DNA of 64,000 nucleotides from Longimicrobiales bacterium (GCA_965204735.1 OZ242008.1:1408001-1472000); one strand, 5' to 3'. Counted from the stretch's first letter, positions 1-10,526 are shown. Translations and numbers: made by a program. The notes: generated by a model from the sequence alone, not told the origin.

Positions 1-990
1 ACCGGGCCCGGTCGCTTCCAGCCGATGACGGGCGGGCGAACGCCGCCCAGCGAATCGGTGGACGCAGCCGGGCTCGCCCGTCTGATGGGGCGCGCCGAAC
101 TCGTGGTGGCGATGGGGGTGGACGGCGCTGCCCAGGAGTTCCTGGGCCGGGCCGCAGTCGGCGCGCGAGGGCTGGTGGTCTTCCCGGCGGACGGCGCCGG
201 AGCGGCGGCCGCGGGCGTGGCGGCCGGCGAGCCGCAGGAGGGAGAATGGTACGTGAGCGGCGCTCCGCCGTCGCCGATATCCGGAGAGCTGGGCGGTTTC
301 GCCTTGGGGCGCCTTCCGCCTCTGGACGGGGTCATGCCACTGCTGGACCAGGGCGGAGGCGTGGCGCTGGAGGCTCGACGGGGCGGAGCGGGGGCGCCCA
401 GGCCGGCGCTGGTGCTTCGCGACGACGGGGGCCGACGGCGCGCGGCGGCCCTCGCCGGCGGGTTCTGGCGATGGGCGTTCCGGGATGGAGAGCCCGTCGA
501 GGGCTACCGCCGCCTCTGGGCGGCCGTCGGGGGCTGGATGATCGCCGACAAGCGCTTCCGAGGAGGCGAGGGCGTTCGTACCGCCGGAACCGTCCTTCCC
601 CGCGGCGCTCCCGTCGGCTGGACGGCGCGAGGCCGCGAGGGCCAGGAGGTCGGCCTGACGGTTGCCGACTCGGCGGGCGTGTCCGTTCTGGACTCCACGC
701 TGGCGGTTCCTCCCTCGGGCGCCTTCGCCACGCCCCCTCTCCCGCCCGGACCGTACCGCTTCCGGGCGGAAGCCGGCGACACGACCGTCGGCGTCTTCGA
801 GGTCGAGTCCTACTCCGGCGACATGGTTCGCCGACCCGTGCCGGCGGCGGAGCTGACCGTCGCCCCGGCCCGGGACCGCGCAATAGAGTTCGGCAAGCGT
901 CCGCTCCGCACCTTGCCGTGGCCTTACCTTGTCGTCCTGGGAGCTCTTTGCTGCGAGTGGACGGGACGGAGGCGGGCGGGCCTGCGCTAG
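1..990 (+). CDS. Hypothetical membrane-anchored protein, 5'-truncated by window edge
   Basis: Frame open from base 1 to TAG at 990. C-terminal hydrophobic segment followed by EWxxRRRxGL, a tail often seen in vWA/glutamine-amidotransferase-like membrane proteins. Confidence 0.6.
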   Translation, partial: TGPGRFQPMTGGRTPPSESVDAAGLARLMGRAELVVAMGVDGAAQEFLGRAAVGARGLVVFPADGAGAAAAGVAAGEPQEGEWYVSGAPPSPISGELGGFALGRLPPLDGVMPLLDQGGGVALEARRGGAGAPRPALVLRDDGGRRRAAALAGGFWRWAFRDGEPVEGYRRLWAAVGGWMIADKRFRGGEGVRTAGTVLPRGAPVGWTARGREGQEVGLTVADSAGVSVLDSTLAVPPSGAFATPPLPPGPYRFRAEAGDTTVGVFEVESYSGDMVRRPVPAAELTVAPARDRAIEFGKRPLRTLPWPYLVVLGALCCEWTGRRRAGLR

Positions 991-993
991 CTC

Positions 994-1938
994 ATGCGAT
1001 TCCTTCGGCGAACCAAGGACGGCCGCCCCTCCGGCGAGGCGTGGAAGCGGGCGCTGGGGCGAGTTGTGCCGTCCACCTTCCGCCGCATCGACGCCGCCGC
1101 CCTGGGAGAGCTGGAGGAACGCCTGATCGAGGCCGACTTCGGAGTGGGCGCCAGCGAGCGGTTCGTGGCGGCCGTTGAGAAGGCCGCCAGGTCCGACGGC
1201 GTGCGCGACCAGGCGGGCGTCCGCCGAATACTCGCCGCCCAGATCCGGGCGGTCTTCGACCGCGCCGGCGCAACCGACGCCGGGGGCGGATCCGCCTTCG
1301 ATCTTGCCATGGCCGCGAAGCCTCCCACGGTGTACCTGGTGGCGGGAGTCAACGGCGCGGGGAAGACCACCACCGTCGGCAAGCTGGCCCACCGTCTCGT
1401 CTCGGGCGGCGCCCGCGTGATCGTGGCGGCGGCGGACACCTACCGGGCGGGCGCCGTGGCGCAGCTGGCCCGCTGGGCGGAACGGGCGGGCGCGGAGCTG
1501 GTGGCGGGCCAGCCGGGAGGAGATCCGGCCGCAGTGGCGTTCGACGCCTTGGTCGCGGCGAAGGCCCGGGGCGCGGACGTGGTGCTGGTGGACACGGCCG
1601 GTCGGCTCCACACCCATGGGGGCCTGATGGACGAGCTGGCGAAGGTGCAGCGGGTCCTGGGAAGGCGCCACGAGAACGCGCCCCACGAGACCCTGCTGGT
1701 CCTCGACGCCACGGTGGGCCAGAACGGAGTCGCCCAGGCGCGGGAGTTCTCCCAGTACGTGACGCCGACGGGAATCGTCCTTGCCAAGACGGACTCCACC
1801 GCCCGGGGCGGGGTCGTGGTGGCGTTGCGAGAAGAGATGGACATCCCCGTGAAGCTGGTGGGAACCGGAGAGGCGCTCGACGACCTGGCGCCCTTCGACC
1901 CGGACGAGTTCGTCCAGGGGGTGCTGGCCGGGCCGTGA
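994..1938 (+). CDS. ftsY: Signal recognition particle receptor FtsY
   Basis: GVNGAGKTTT, ADTYRAGA, DTAGR, DATVGQNG, AKTDSTARGG, GTGE motifs. Confidence 0.96.
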   Translation: MRFLRRTKDGRPSGEAWKRALGRVVPSTFRRIDAAALGELEERLIEADFGVGASERFVAAVEKAARSDGVRDQAGVRRILAAQIRAVFDRAGATDAGGGSAFDLAMAAKPPTVYLVAGVNGAGKTTTVGKLAHRLVSGGARVIVAAADTYRAGAVAQLARWAERAGAELVAGQPGGDPAAVAFDALVAAKARGADVVLVDTAGRLHTHGGLMDELAKVQRVLGRRHENAPHETLLVLDATVGQNGVAQAREFSQYVTPTGIVLAKTDSTARGGVVVALREEMDIPVKLVGTGEALDDLAPFDPDEFVQGVLAGP

Positions 1939-4091
1939 GCCAGGGCCGCGAACCGCAGCCGCTGTCGCGCCTGGAGATGCCCGTCCAGTTCTTGAAGGGG
2001 GTCGGGCCCAAGCGGGCGGAAGCCCTGGCACGGATGGAGATCCTCACCGCCCGCGATCTCCTATACCACGCACCCCGCCGCTACGACGACGCCTCCACGA
2101 TCACCCCCATCGCCCTGGCCGAGGTCGGGGCGGACGTGACGGTGGCCGGCGAAGTCCGCAGCAAGGGCGTGCTTCCGACCCGTTCCGGGCTGCGCATCTT
2201 CCAGGCGGTGGTCCGCGACGAGACGGGGATCGTCACCTGCGCTTGGCCCGGCCAGCCCTGGGTGGACAGGACCCTCCGGGTGGGCGACCGCATTCTGGTC
2301 ACGGGTCCCGTCCGCTTCTTCCACGGTCGCCAGATCCATCCTCGGGAGCACGTCCTGCTGTCGCGGGGCGAGTCGTCCGCCGCCGCCTCTGCCGACGGCC
2401 CCGCCAGCCGCTCCTCCGGCCCGAAGAGCCGCCCCGTCGCCGACCAGGGCAAGATATTCGTCGTCTATCGCGCATCCGAGGACCTTCCCCAGTGGTTCTT
2501 CCGCCGGGCGATCGACCGCAACTTGGAGTGGCTCGTCGAGCACGCCGCCCGAGAGGACCCGCTGACTCCCGAAGCCCGCCGATGCTTGGCGCTGCCGACG
2601 CTGGCCGACGCCCTCCGGGCGCTCCACAGGCCTTCCTCCATGGCCGAGAAGGACGAGGCCCGCCGACGACTTGCCTTCGACGAGCTCTTCCTCCTCCAGC
2701 TCCAGAAGGCCCGCCTCCGGGCTCGGGCGGCCGAACGGCCTGGGATCGCGTTCGTCCGCACCAATCGGCTGATCAAGCCGCTCCACGACGCGCTGCCGTT
2801 CGCCCTCACGGGCGCCCAAGCCCGCGTCCTGCGCGAGATCTACGCCGACATGACCTCGTCCAAGAGGATGAACCGGATGCTCCAGGGCGACGTGGGCTCG
2901 GGAAAGACGCTGGTGGCCCTCTTTGCCATGCTCCTGGCCGTGGAGGGAGGACGCCAGGCGGCCCTCATGGCGCCCACGGCGATACTGGCGGAACAGCACG
3001 CGGCCCGCATCCGGGAGCTCGTGCAGGGAGTGCCGGCGAATGTGGAGCTGCTGGTGGGATCGACGACGGGGCGTCGGCGCGAAGCGGCCCGGGCGCGGGT
3101 GGCGTCGGGCGAGGCGCAGCTTGTGATCGGCACCCATGCTCTGATCCAGGAGGGGGTGGAGTTCGAGTCCCTCGGGCTGGCGGTGGTGGACGAGCAGCAC
3201 CGCTTCGGCGTTCGCCAGCGCCTTGCCCTGGCCGAGCGGGACCCGCGGCCCGACGTGCTCCTCATGTCCGCCACGCCGATTCCGCGCAGCTTGGCGATGG
3301 TCCTGCACGGCGACCTGGAGATGAGCGTCGTCGACGAGCTGCCCCCCGGTCGGCGTCCAGTCGTCACCCGAATCGCTTCCCCCGACGAGCGCGGGGCCGT
3401 GCTGGGCGAGGTGCGCCGACGGACTGCCCAAGGGCGTCAGGCGTACTTGGTCTATCCCATGATCGACGAAGCGGAGCACGCCGACTTCCGAGCCGCCGAA
3501 GCCGAGTTCGACCGCCTGAAGCGGGAGGAGATGTCGGGTTGTCGGATGGCGTTGCTCCACGGGCGCGTCCCGGCAGAGGAGAAGGACGAGATCATGCGCC
3601 GCTTCCAGGGGGGCGAGATCGACGTCCTGGCAGCGACGACGGTGGTCGAGGTCGGGATCGACGTGCCCAACGCGACGGTCATGGTGGTGGAGAACGCGGA
3701 GCGGTTCGGGCTCTCGCAGCTCCACCAGCTGAGGGGGCGCGTCGGGCGGGGAGAAGAGGCGGGGCTCTTCGTCATGGTGCCCGGGACGGGCGCGGCAGCG
3801 GCGGAGCGGCTGGAGGTCCTGGCCCGCACCGTCGACGGCTTCGAGATCGCCAGGGAGGACCTGCGGCTGCGCGGCCAGGGAGACGTCTTCGGGCCTCGCC
3901 AGCATGGTCGCGCCGCCGCCCTCCGCTTCGCCGACGTGCTCGCGCACCAGGACTTGATCGCGCACGCCCACGAGCGGGCCCGCGAGCTGATCGCCCGCGA
4001 CCCCGAGCTGGCGGGGGCCGACAACGCCCTGCTCCGCCGTCTGCTGGACCGGCGCTGCGAGGACCAAGCCAAGCTCTACGGCGTCGGCTGA
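1935..4091 (+). CDS. recG: ATP-dependent DNA helicase RecG
   Basis: LKGVGPKRA, QGDVGSGKT, DEQHRFG, MSATPIPR, HQLRGRVGRG motifs. Confidence 0.97.
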   Translation: MSQGREPQPLSRLEMPVQFLKGVGPKRAEALARMEILTARDLLYHAPRRYDDASTITPIALAEVGADVTVAGEVRSKGVLPTRSGLRIFQAVVRDETGIVTCAWPGQPWVDRTLRVGDRILVTGPVRFFHGRQIHPREHVLLSRGESSAAASADGPASRSSGPKSRPVADQGKIFVVYRASEDLPQWFFRRAIDRNLEWLVEHAAREDPLTPEARRCLALPTLADALRALHRPSSMAEKDEARRRLAFDELFLLQLQKARLRARAAERPGIAFVRTNRLIKPLHDALPFALTGAQARVLREIYADMTSSKRMNRMLQGDVGSGKTLVALFAMLLAVEGGRQAALMAPTAILAEQHAARIRELVQGVPANVELLVGSTTGRRREAARARVASGEAQLVIGTHALIQEGVEFESLGLAVVDEQHRFGVRQRLALAERDPRPDVLLMSATPIPRSLAMVLHGDLEMSVVDELPPGRRPVVTRIASPDERGAVLGEVRRRTAQGRQAYLVYPMIDEAEHADFRAAEAEFDRLKREEMSGCRMALLHGRVPAEEKDEIMRRFQGGEIDVLAATTVVEVGIDVPNATVMVVENAERFGLSQLHQLRGRVGRGEEAGLFVMVPGTGAAAAERLEVLARTVDGFEIAREDLRLRGQGDVFGPRQHGRAAALRFADVLAHQDLIAHAHERARELIARDPELAGADNALLRRLLDRRCEDQAKLYGVG

Positions 4092-4256
4092 CACGCCGCC
4101 GACTCGCCCCAGGGGCGGTGCGCGCGCGACTTGGGTTTGACACTCCCAAGGGATGCCCCGACCTTGACCCGCAGCGTTATGGTTCGAGACGCACTGGCCC
4201 GGGCGCGGCCTGGGCGGGGGCGGCAACTTCACGCAATCCCCAAGGGAGGACGAACC

Positions 4257-4868
4257 ATGACAACGACGGCAGCCAGGGTGGCGAGGGTCATGACCGAGGC
4301 CGACGAGCGACTTCAGGACTCCGGATTCGACGGGGCTCAGTCCAGGGCGGTGATCTTGTCTGCAGTCCAGATTGTGGACGAGGCAATTCGACATTTGGCG
4401 ACCAGCGAGGCCTTGGCCGAGACGAACCGACGCTTGGCGAGGGTCGAGGAGGCGGTTTCGGCGCTCCGCGAGGAGACTGGCGCCGGCAGGAAGGAGGCCG
4501 GCGCCGCCCGGGAGGAGGCCGCCGCCGCCCACAAGGAGGCCGTTGCCGCTCGGGAGGAGGCTGCCGCCGCCCACAAGGAGGCCGTTGCCGCTCGGGAGGA
4601 GGCCGCCGCCGCCCACAAGGAGGCCGTTGCCGCTCGCCAGGAGGCTGCCGCCGCCCGGAAGGCGGCCTCGGCCGCCTGCGAGGCGGCGAAGACGGTTGCG
4701 GCCAACTTCGACAAGTTCAGGGACCAGATGGACACGTTCAAGGATCAGATGGCTGCCGAGGTCGCAGCCGAGATGGCAAAGGGGTTTGCGCGCATGTCCA
4801 GGCAGCTCTGGGTCATGGTTGGCGCCACGGCCGCGATCATCCTTGGCATCGTCCGCCTGTTGTGGTGA
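4257..4868 (+). CDS. Coiled-coil protein with C-terminal TM helix (DUF1640/CCDC90-like) and internal tandem repeats
   Basis: GGAGGA SD before ATG 4257. N-terminus LQDSGFDGAQSRAV...LATSE resembles DUF1640. Ala/Glu/Lys coiled coil. C-terminal LWVMVGATAAIILGIV. Confidence 0.6.
   Translation: MTTTAARVARVMTEADERLQDSGFDGAQSRAVILSAVQIVDEAIRHLATSEALAETNRRLARVEEAVSALREETGAGRKEAGAAREEAAAAHKEAVAAREEAAAAHKEAVAAREEAAAAHKEAVAARQEAAAARKAASAACEAAKTVAANFDKFRDQMDTFKDQMAAEVAAEMAKGFARMSRQLWVMVGATAAIILGIVRLLW
4509..4655 (+). repeat. 42-bp coding tandem repeat (about 3.5 copies, REEAAAAHKEAVAA)
   Basis: Units start at 4509, 4551, 4593 and a partial unit at 4635. Confidence 0.9.
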
Positions 4869-6223
4869 CCCTCGACGGAGCGAGCCCCGCTCCGGACGCC
4901 GTCGCGGCGGCCCCCGCGCGGCCCGGCAAGGCCGTGTCCTGTCGCGTCCAGGACCTGCGGCGGCGGGTGGGGGAAGAAGTGGCGGTGTCGGGTTGGGTGG
5001 AAGCCGTTCGGGTCCACGGCAAGGTTGCCTTCGTCGTGCTGCGGGACGGCACGGGCTTGGTCCAGGGAGTAGTCGCCAAGTCGCGCGTTCCCTCGGAAAC
5101 GTGGGCCCTCGTTTCCTCCTTGGCCCAGGAGAGCAGCGTGGTCCTCACCGGCCAAGTTCGGGCCGACGCCCGGTCGCCGGGGGGACACGAGCTGGGCGTC
5201 GCGTCGGCAGCGCTCGTCGGCGCCGCCGCCGAGTACCCGATCCAGCGCAAGGAACACGGTCCTGAGTTCCTCCTGGATCACCGGCACCTCTGGCTCCGCT
5301 CGAGCCTCCAGCGCGCCGGCTTGAAGGTTCGCGCCGAGGTCGAGCACGCCATTCACGAGTTCCTGTACGAACAGGACTTCGTCCGCATCGACACGCCCAT
5401 CCTCACGGGCGCCATCGGCGAGTCCGCCGGGGCCTTGTTCGAGACCGACTACTTCGGTCGGCGCGCCTTTCTGGCCCAGACTGGCCAACTGTACGTGGAG
5501 TGCGCCCTGCCGGCGTTCAGGAAGGTCTACTGCTTCGGTCCCACCTTCCGCGCCGAGAAGTCGAAGACGCGCCGGCACCTCGCCGAGTTCTGGATGGTGG
5601 AGCCGGAAGTCGCCTTCGCCGACTCCAACGACAACATGGCGCTTCAGGAAGCGTTGATCTGCCACGTCGCGGCCAAGGCCGTGGAGCGCTGCGCCGACGA
5701 GCTGGAGGTCCTCGGGCGCGACGTGTCCCGGCTCGAAGCGGTCGTTCCCCCGTTCCCCAGGATCAGCTACTCCGCGGCCGTCGAGCGCCTCAACGCCGAA
5801 GGACGCCGGTTCGAATGGGGGAAGGACTTCGGGGCCGGCGAGGAGACGGCGATCTCCAGCTGGTTCCACAAGCCCGTCTTCGTCCACGACTACCCGAAGC
5901 AGGCCACGGCGTTCTACATGAAGGAGAACCCGGCCGATCTCCGCACCGTCCTCTGCAACGACTTGCTGGCGCCGGAGGGATGCGGCGAGATCGTCGGCGG
6001 CAGCCAGCGCGAGGACGACCACGACCGGCTCCTCGCCCGAATTCGCCAGGAGGGTCTGCCCGAGGACGCCTACGGCTGGTATCTGGACCTCCGACGCTAC
6101 GGCACGTTCCCCCACTCGGGCTTCGGCCTGGGCGTCGAGCGCACGGTCGGGTGGATCGCGGGCCGCCCTCACATCCGCGAGCTGGTTCCGTTCCCACGCA
6201 CGCTCAACCGGCTGACGCCGTGA
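4865..6223 (+). CDS. asnS: Asparagine--tRNA ligase
   Basis: OB-fold start (GWV...LRDGTG), RHLWLRS, FRAEKSKTRRHLAEFWMVEPE, GGSQRE, PHSGFGLGVER. GTG start overlaps upstream TGA. Confidence 0.95.
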   Translation: MTLDGASPAPDAVAAAPARPGKAVSCRVQDLRRRVGEEVAVSGWVEAVRVHGKVAFVVLRDGTGLVQGVVAKSRVPSETWALVSSLAQESSVVLTGQVRADARSPGGHELGVASAALVGAAAEYPIQRKEHGPEFLLDHRHLWLRSSLQRAGLKVRAEVEHAIHEFLYEQDFVRIDTPILTGAIGESAGALFETDYFGRRAFLAQTGQLYVECALPAFRKVYCFGPTFRAEKSKTRRHLAEFWMVEPEVAFADSNDNMALQEALICHVAAKAVERCADELEVLGRDVSRLEAVVPPFPRISYSAAVERLNAEGRRFEWGKDFGAGEETAISSWFHKPVFVHDYPKQATAFYMKENPADLRTVLCNDLLAPEGCGEIVGGSQREDDHDRLLARIRQEGLPEDAYGWYLDLRRYGTFPHSGFGLGVERTVGWIAGRPHIRELVPFPRTLNRLTP

Positions 6224-6355
6224 CGCCGGGCGCCCCCCGAAGCGCCGCCGGCGACCTTCGACCCGTCGCCTGCGGCGCAACCCAGGGGCCCTCCCGGCAA
6301 CTCCAGCTCCCCAGGACGGCCGCGCGCCTCCGCGCCACGACCCCCCCGTAGTTCC

Positions 6356-7444
6356 GTGGCCACCCTCGTGGTCGACCTGTGCGACCGCCGCCCCATCTGG
6401 TCGCTGCCCTCGTGGGCCAAGGAACAGATTCGGGAGGCCGCCCCTGCCCACTGGAGCGTGGCGTTCATGGAGACCGAGGCGGACGGCTCCGGCGACGGAA
6501 CCCTCCGGGCCGCGCCCGAGCTGATCGAGGCCGTGGCCGACGCCCGCGTGTACATGGGCTACGGGATCCCGACCGAAGTCCTCGAGGCCGGCGAACGGCT
6601 GGAGTGGGTGCACTCCGGTGCGGCGGGGGTGGCGTCCTCGCTAGGACCGGCGATGCTCGCCCGCGACGTCCTCTTCACCAACTCCGCTGGCGTCCACGGC
6701 CCGCCGATGGCCGAGACCGTCCTGGCGATGCTCCTCTACTTTGCCCGAGGCCTGGATGTGGCCGTGCGGGCCCAGCGGGACGGACGTTGGAGCGCGCCGG
6801 CCTACTGGGCTGCGGACGCGCCGGTCGGCGAACTGCGCGGATCCACCGTGGGGACCGTCGGCTTCGGAGGGATCGGGCGCGAAGTGGCGCGCCTGGCGGC
6901 GTGCATGGGGAGCCGCGTGCTCGCCCTCCGTCGCCGAGACGGGCAGGGCGCCGGGCGGGCGGCGTCGGCAGGGTCCGGGCCCGTCGGTCCCTCCGACGGC
7001 TCGGGGCGCGAGTTCCCGCCGGTGGAGACCTTCTGCGGCGAAGAGGGGCTTGGGCGCATCCTGCGGGAGTCCGACTACTTGGTGCTGGCCGTCCCCGAGA
7101 CGGACGAGACCCGGGCCTTGATCGGCCGGAAGCGCCTCTTCGAAATGAAGCCGGGCGCGGTGCTGGTCAACGTCTCCCGCGGCGGCGTCCTGGACGAGGA
7201 AGGAGTGCTCGCCGCGCTGGACGACGGTCCCCTGCGGGGCGCCGGGCTGGACGTCTTCGCCACGGAGCCCTTGCCCGCAGGCCACCCCTTCTACGCGCAC
7301 CCGAAGGTTCTGGCGACCCCTCACGTCTCCGCCACCACGCGACGGTTCTGGGAAAGGGAAGCACGGCTGATCGTGGACAACCTGACGCGCTTCGCCCAAG
7401 GCAAGCCGCTCAGGAACCTGGTCGACAAGGAAGCGGGGTACTGA
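6356..7444 (+). CDS. D-2-hydroxyacid dehydrogenase family protein
   Basis: GFGGIG, NVSRG, LDVFATEPL, TPHVS motifs. Confidence 0.9.
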   Translation: MATLVVDLCDRRPIWSLPSWAKEQIREAAPAHWSVAFMETEADGSGDGTLRAAPELIEAVADARVYMGYGIPTEVLEAGERLEWVHSGAAGVASSLGPAMLARDVLFTNSAGVHGPPMAETVLAMLLYFARGLDVAVRAQRDGRWSAPAYWAADAPVGELRGSTVGTVGFGGIGREVARLAACMGSRVLALRRRDGQGAGRAASAGSGPVGPSDGSGREFPPVETFCGEEGLGRILRESDYLVLAVPETDETRALIGRKRLFEMKPGAVLVNVSRGGVLDEEGVLAALDDGPLRGAGLDVFATEPLPAGHPFYAHPKVLATPHVSATTRRFWEREARLIVDNLTRFAQGKPLRNLVDKEAGY

Positions 7445-7456
7445 TACCACTTCCCG

Positions 7457-8668
7457 ATGCGACAGGCTCGAGAGGACCTTTCCCGGGAGCGGGCGTGGGT
7501 CGAGGTGGACACGGCCGCGCTCGTTCGCAACTTCCAGCGGCTGCGCCGTTCGGTGGGGCCAAGCGTGAAGCTGATCCCCATGGTGAAGGCCGACGGCTAC
7601 GGCCTGGGCGCGGAGCGCGTCGCCAAGGCTCTTCGTGCCGAACGGCCCTTCGGCTACGGGGTCGCCGCCGTGGAGGAAGCCGCGGTCCTCAGGCGGGCGG
7701 GCGTACGGGCGCCGATCCTGGTTCACACGCCCCTGCCGCCCGGCTGCCTGGCCAGGGCGCTGGGCCTGGGAGTCGTGCCTTCGGTCTCGGACCGGGCTGG
7801 GCTGGCGGCGCTTCGGGAGCTGGCCGAGTCGGGCCGCTTCCCAGCTCCGGTCTCCTTTCAGGTCGAGGTCGACACGGGGATGGGGCGATCCGGCTTTCCG
7901 CTGTCGGGCGCGGGCGACGGCTGGTGGTCGGCGGTCCGCTCCGCCGCTTCCGGCAGCCTTCGCCTCCTCGGCGTCTTCACCCACCTCCACTCGGCGGACG
8001 AGCCCGACCTGACCAGCGCTCGCCGCCAAGTGGAGCGCTTCGAGGAGTTCGTGGGCACGGCGGAGGGAATCGGGCCCGACGCGCTGGTCCACTTCGCCAA
8101 CAGCGCCGCCTGTCTGCGGTTGCCGTCTCGGGTCGCCAACGCCGCCCGCCCGGGCATCTACCTCTACGGCGGCCGCGCCGGGACGACGAAGACGCCGCCG
8201 GAGCCGGTGGCGGCAGTGCGGGCCCGGATCGTGCTGGTGCGGGACGTGCCGCCGCACTCGACGGCGGGCTACGGAGCCGCCTACCGGGCCCGGCGCCGCG
8301 AGCGCTGGGCCACCGTCGCGATCGGCTACGGCGACGGGCTCCCCCGGGCGCTCGGCAACCGGGGCGGTGCAATCGTCGGAGGACGCCCCGCGCCGATCGT
8401 GGGCCGCATCTCCATGGACGTGACCGTGGTGCGGCTCGACGACGACGCCAAGGACCTGCGCGCGCCAAGCGCTTCCCCCGGCGATGCGGTTACCTTCATG
8501 GGCTCGGCCGGCGAAGCCGCGCTCCATCTGGACGACGTGGCGAAAGAGGCGGGCACCATCGGGTACGAGATCCTGACGGGGCTCTCGCCCAGGTTGCCCC
8601 GGGTCGCGCCGGAGTCCTGCCCAGCGCAAGGGAACCACGACGAAGCACCGCCGAAATGGAACGCCTGA
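7457..8668 (+). CDS. alr: Alanine racemase
   Basis: MVKADGYG (PLP Lys), DTGMGRSG, RPGIYLYG, GYGDG, GRISMD, TIGYEI. Confidence 0.95.
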   Translation: MRQAREDLSRERAWVEVDTAALVRNFQRLRRSVGPSVKLIPMVKADGYGLGAERVAKALRAERPFGYGVAAVEEAAVLRRAGVRAPILVHTPLPPGCLARALGLGVVPSVSDRAGLAALRELAESGRFPAPVSFQVEVDTGMGRSGFPLSGAGDGWWSAVRSAASGSLRLLGVFTHLHSADEPDLTSARRQVERFEEFVGTAEGIGPDALVHFANSAACLRLPSRVANAARPGIYLYGGRAGTTKTPPEPVAAVRARIVLVRDVPPHSTAGYGAAYRARRRERWATVAIGYGDGLPRALGNRGGAIVGGRPAPIVGRISMDVTVVRLDDDAKDLRAPSASPGDAVTFMGSAGEAALHLDDVAKEAGTIGYEILTGLSPRLPRVAPESCPAQGNHDEAPPKWNA

Positions 8669-9102
8669 CCGAACTCGCCTTGAAGGCGATGCGCTCCGCC
8701 TACGCGCCGTACTCCCGCTTTCGGGTGGGCGCGGCAATCGAAGCCGATTCGGGAGAAGTGTTCGTCGGATGCAACGTGGAGAACGCGTCCTACGGTCTCA
8801 CAATCTGCGCCGAGCGCGCGGCCCTTGCGGCGGCGGTCGCCCAGGGCGATCGGCGGTTCCGGCGGATCGTGGTGGCGACGGAAGGGGATCGGGCCGTGGC
8901 GCCCTGCGGGGCGTGCCGGCAAGTCCTCGCCGAGTTCGGAGATCGGCTGGAGGTGCATGGCGTGGCGGGAAGCGACCGGAAGCGGTGGGTGCTCGGGGAG
9001 CTCCTCCCGGCGACGTTCGGAGCGGAGGCGCTGGCCGAGCGCGAAGGCGCGGCAGGTCCGGCCCCGCCGACCTCGCCGACCTCGCCGGAGCAGCGGCGGT
9101 GA
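8656..9102 (+). CDS. cdd: Cytidine deaminase
   Basis: AYAPYSRFRVGAA, NVENASYGLTICAER, PCGACRQ. Confidence 0.95.
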   Translation: MERLTELALKAMRSAYAPYSRFRVGAAIEADSGEVFVGCNVENASYGLTICAERAALAAAVAQGDRRFRRIVVATEGDRAVAPCGACRQVLAEFGDRLEVHGVAGSDRKRWVLGELLPATFGAEALAEREGAAGPAPPTSPTSPEQRR

Positions 9103-10526
9103 GCAGCGCGGCCCGCCGAGCAGGCCGCCTCCTGGTCGCCGCCGTCCTCGCGCTCCCGCGCCTCGTCGCCGCCCTCGACCGGCGACCGGGATCGCCTCGC
9201 CGGAAGTCGGGCGCGCCTCCTGCGCTGCTTGCGCCGTCCGTCGCGGCGCTTCTCCTCGGCGCCTGCCAGGAGCAGCTTCCCACCGCCAGCAGAGACGACC
9301 TGGTGCCCGCCGGCACCACGGTGGAGGTGGTCCTGCCCTTCCAGGCGTTCGGCAAGAACGCGAAGGTCTTCGGCGGCTACGGGCGGGCGTCGGACCTGGG
9401 CGGCGGATTCGTCGCCCTCGAATACGGAAGCGAGACTCCAGGCGAAGGACTCGCCGCCGCCACTCTCGCCCGCTTCGGCCGCTACCCCCAGTACGTCTCG
9501 GTGACCGACACCGCGGGAACCACCCGCCCCGACTCGTCGATCTCCTTTCTCTCGGGCCGTGTCGTGGTGCGCTTCAACGCGGACGGCAGCGTGACCCAGG
9601 GGGCCGTCGAAGTGCTGGCCCACGCCGTGACCCAGCCGTGGGACCACGGGAGTGCCGACTGGGAGCACGCGGTGGATTCCTTGAACGAAACGACGCCCTG
9701 GTTCGCGCCCGGCGGCGCAGGCGGCGAGGAGATCGGCGCCGTGATCTGGGACCCGGCCGCCGGCGACAGCGTCGAGTTCGTCGTGGATTCGGCTCGGGTC
9801 GCGGCCTGGGCGGACTCGACCGACGTCTCGAAGGGGGTTCGGTTCTCCACTACGGCTCCCGGCGTCCGCCTCCAGGTCCGGTCGGCCCGCCTGTGGCTGG
9901 ACGCCCTTCCCACGATCAACCCCGACACCCTGGTGCAGGTCCTGGCCGTCACCGAAGGCACCACGTTTATCTACGATCCGCAGCCCGCTCCCCCGGCAGC
10001 CGGGCTCCGGGTTGGCGGCGCCCCGGCTTGGCGCTCGGTCCTGGAGCTGGAGGTGCCCGCCGCCTTGGACGGGATCCCCGAGCTCTGCACGGTCGTGGCG
10101 TGTCCCGTCGCCGTCGGGGAGGGTCACGTGTCCTACGCCGGCCTCGTCCTGACCTCTCGGCAGAGCGCCCCGGCCTTCGCGCCGTCGGACACGCTCACGC
10201 TGGACGTCCGGATGGTGCTGGCGCCGGAAGTGCTCCCCAAGTCGCCCCTGGGACCCTCGACCACGGGAGTCCCCGGCGCGCTTCTGTCCCCCGAGTGGTT
10301 CAGCTTCCCCGCGGGGGCCCAGGTGGAAGTGCCCGTCACCACGTTGATCCGGGACATCTTGCGGGGCGAGACGGAGAACGGCGAGCCGGTGACGAGCACG
10401 GTGGCGCTCCTCTCCACCTTCGAGCCCGTCTCGCTGGAGTACGCTTCCTTCGAGGGGCCCGGCTCCTCGTCGCCTCCGGGTCTTCGCCTGATCCTCAGCT
10501 TCTCGCCGGGAGAGGGCGGCGGATGA
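9099..10526 (+). CDS. Putative lipoprotein, hypothetical
   Basis: LLLGAC lipobox-like motif; translationally coupled to both neighbours; true start uncertain. Confidence 0.6.
   Translation: MSSAARRAGRLLVAAVLALPRLVAALDRRPGSPRRKSGAPPALLAPSVAALLLGACQEQLPTASRDDLVPAGTTVEVVLPFQAFGKNAKVFGGYGRASDLGGGFVALEYGSETPGEGLAAATLARFGRYPQYVSVTDTAGTTRPDSSISFLSGRVVVRFNADGSVTQGAVEVLAHAVTQPWDHGSADWEHAVDSLNETTPWFAPGGAGGEEIGAVIWDPAAGDSVEFVVDSARVAAWADSTDVSKGVRFSTTAPGVRLQVRSARLWLDALPTINPDTLVQVLAVTEGTTFIYDPQPAPPAAGLRVGGAPAWRSVLELEVPAALDGIPELCTVVACPVAVGEGHVSYAGLVLTSRQSAPAFAPSDTLTLDVRMVLAPEVLPKSPLGPSTTGVPGALLSPEWFSFPAGAQVEVPVTTLIRDILRGETENGEPVTSTVALLSTFEPVSLEYASFEGPGSSSPPGLRLILSFSPGEGGG

Noticed and set aside
2243..6223. 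1326-aa ORF as an extended AsnRS (likewise 6379-9102, 8825-11707, 10774-13158, 18413-22000, 25776-29156, 34070-36073)
   Set aside because: The N-terminal extensions are off-frame overlaps of upstream real genes; real starts lie at the stop/start overlaps.
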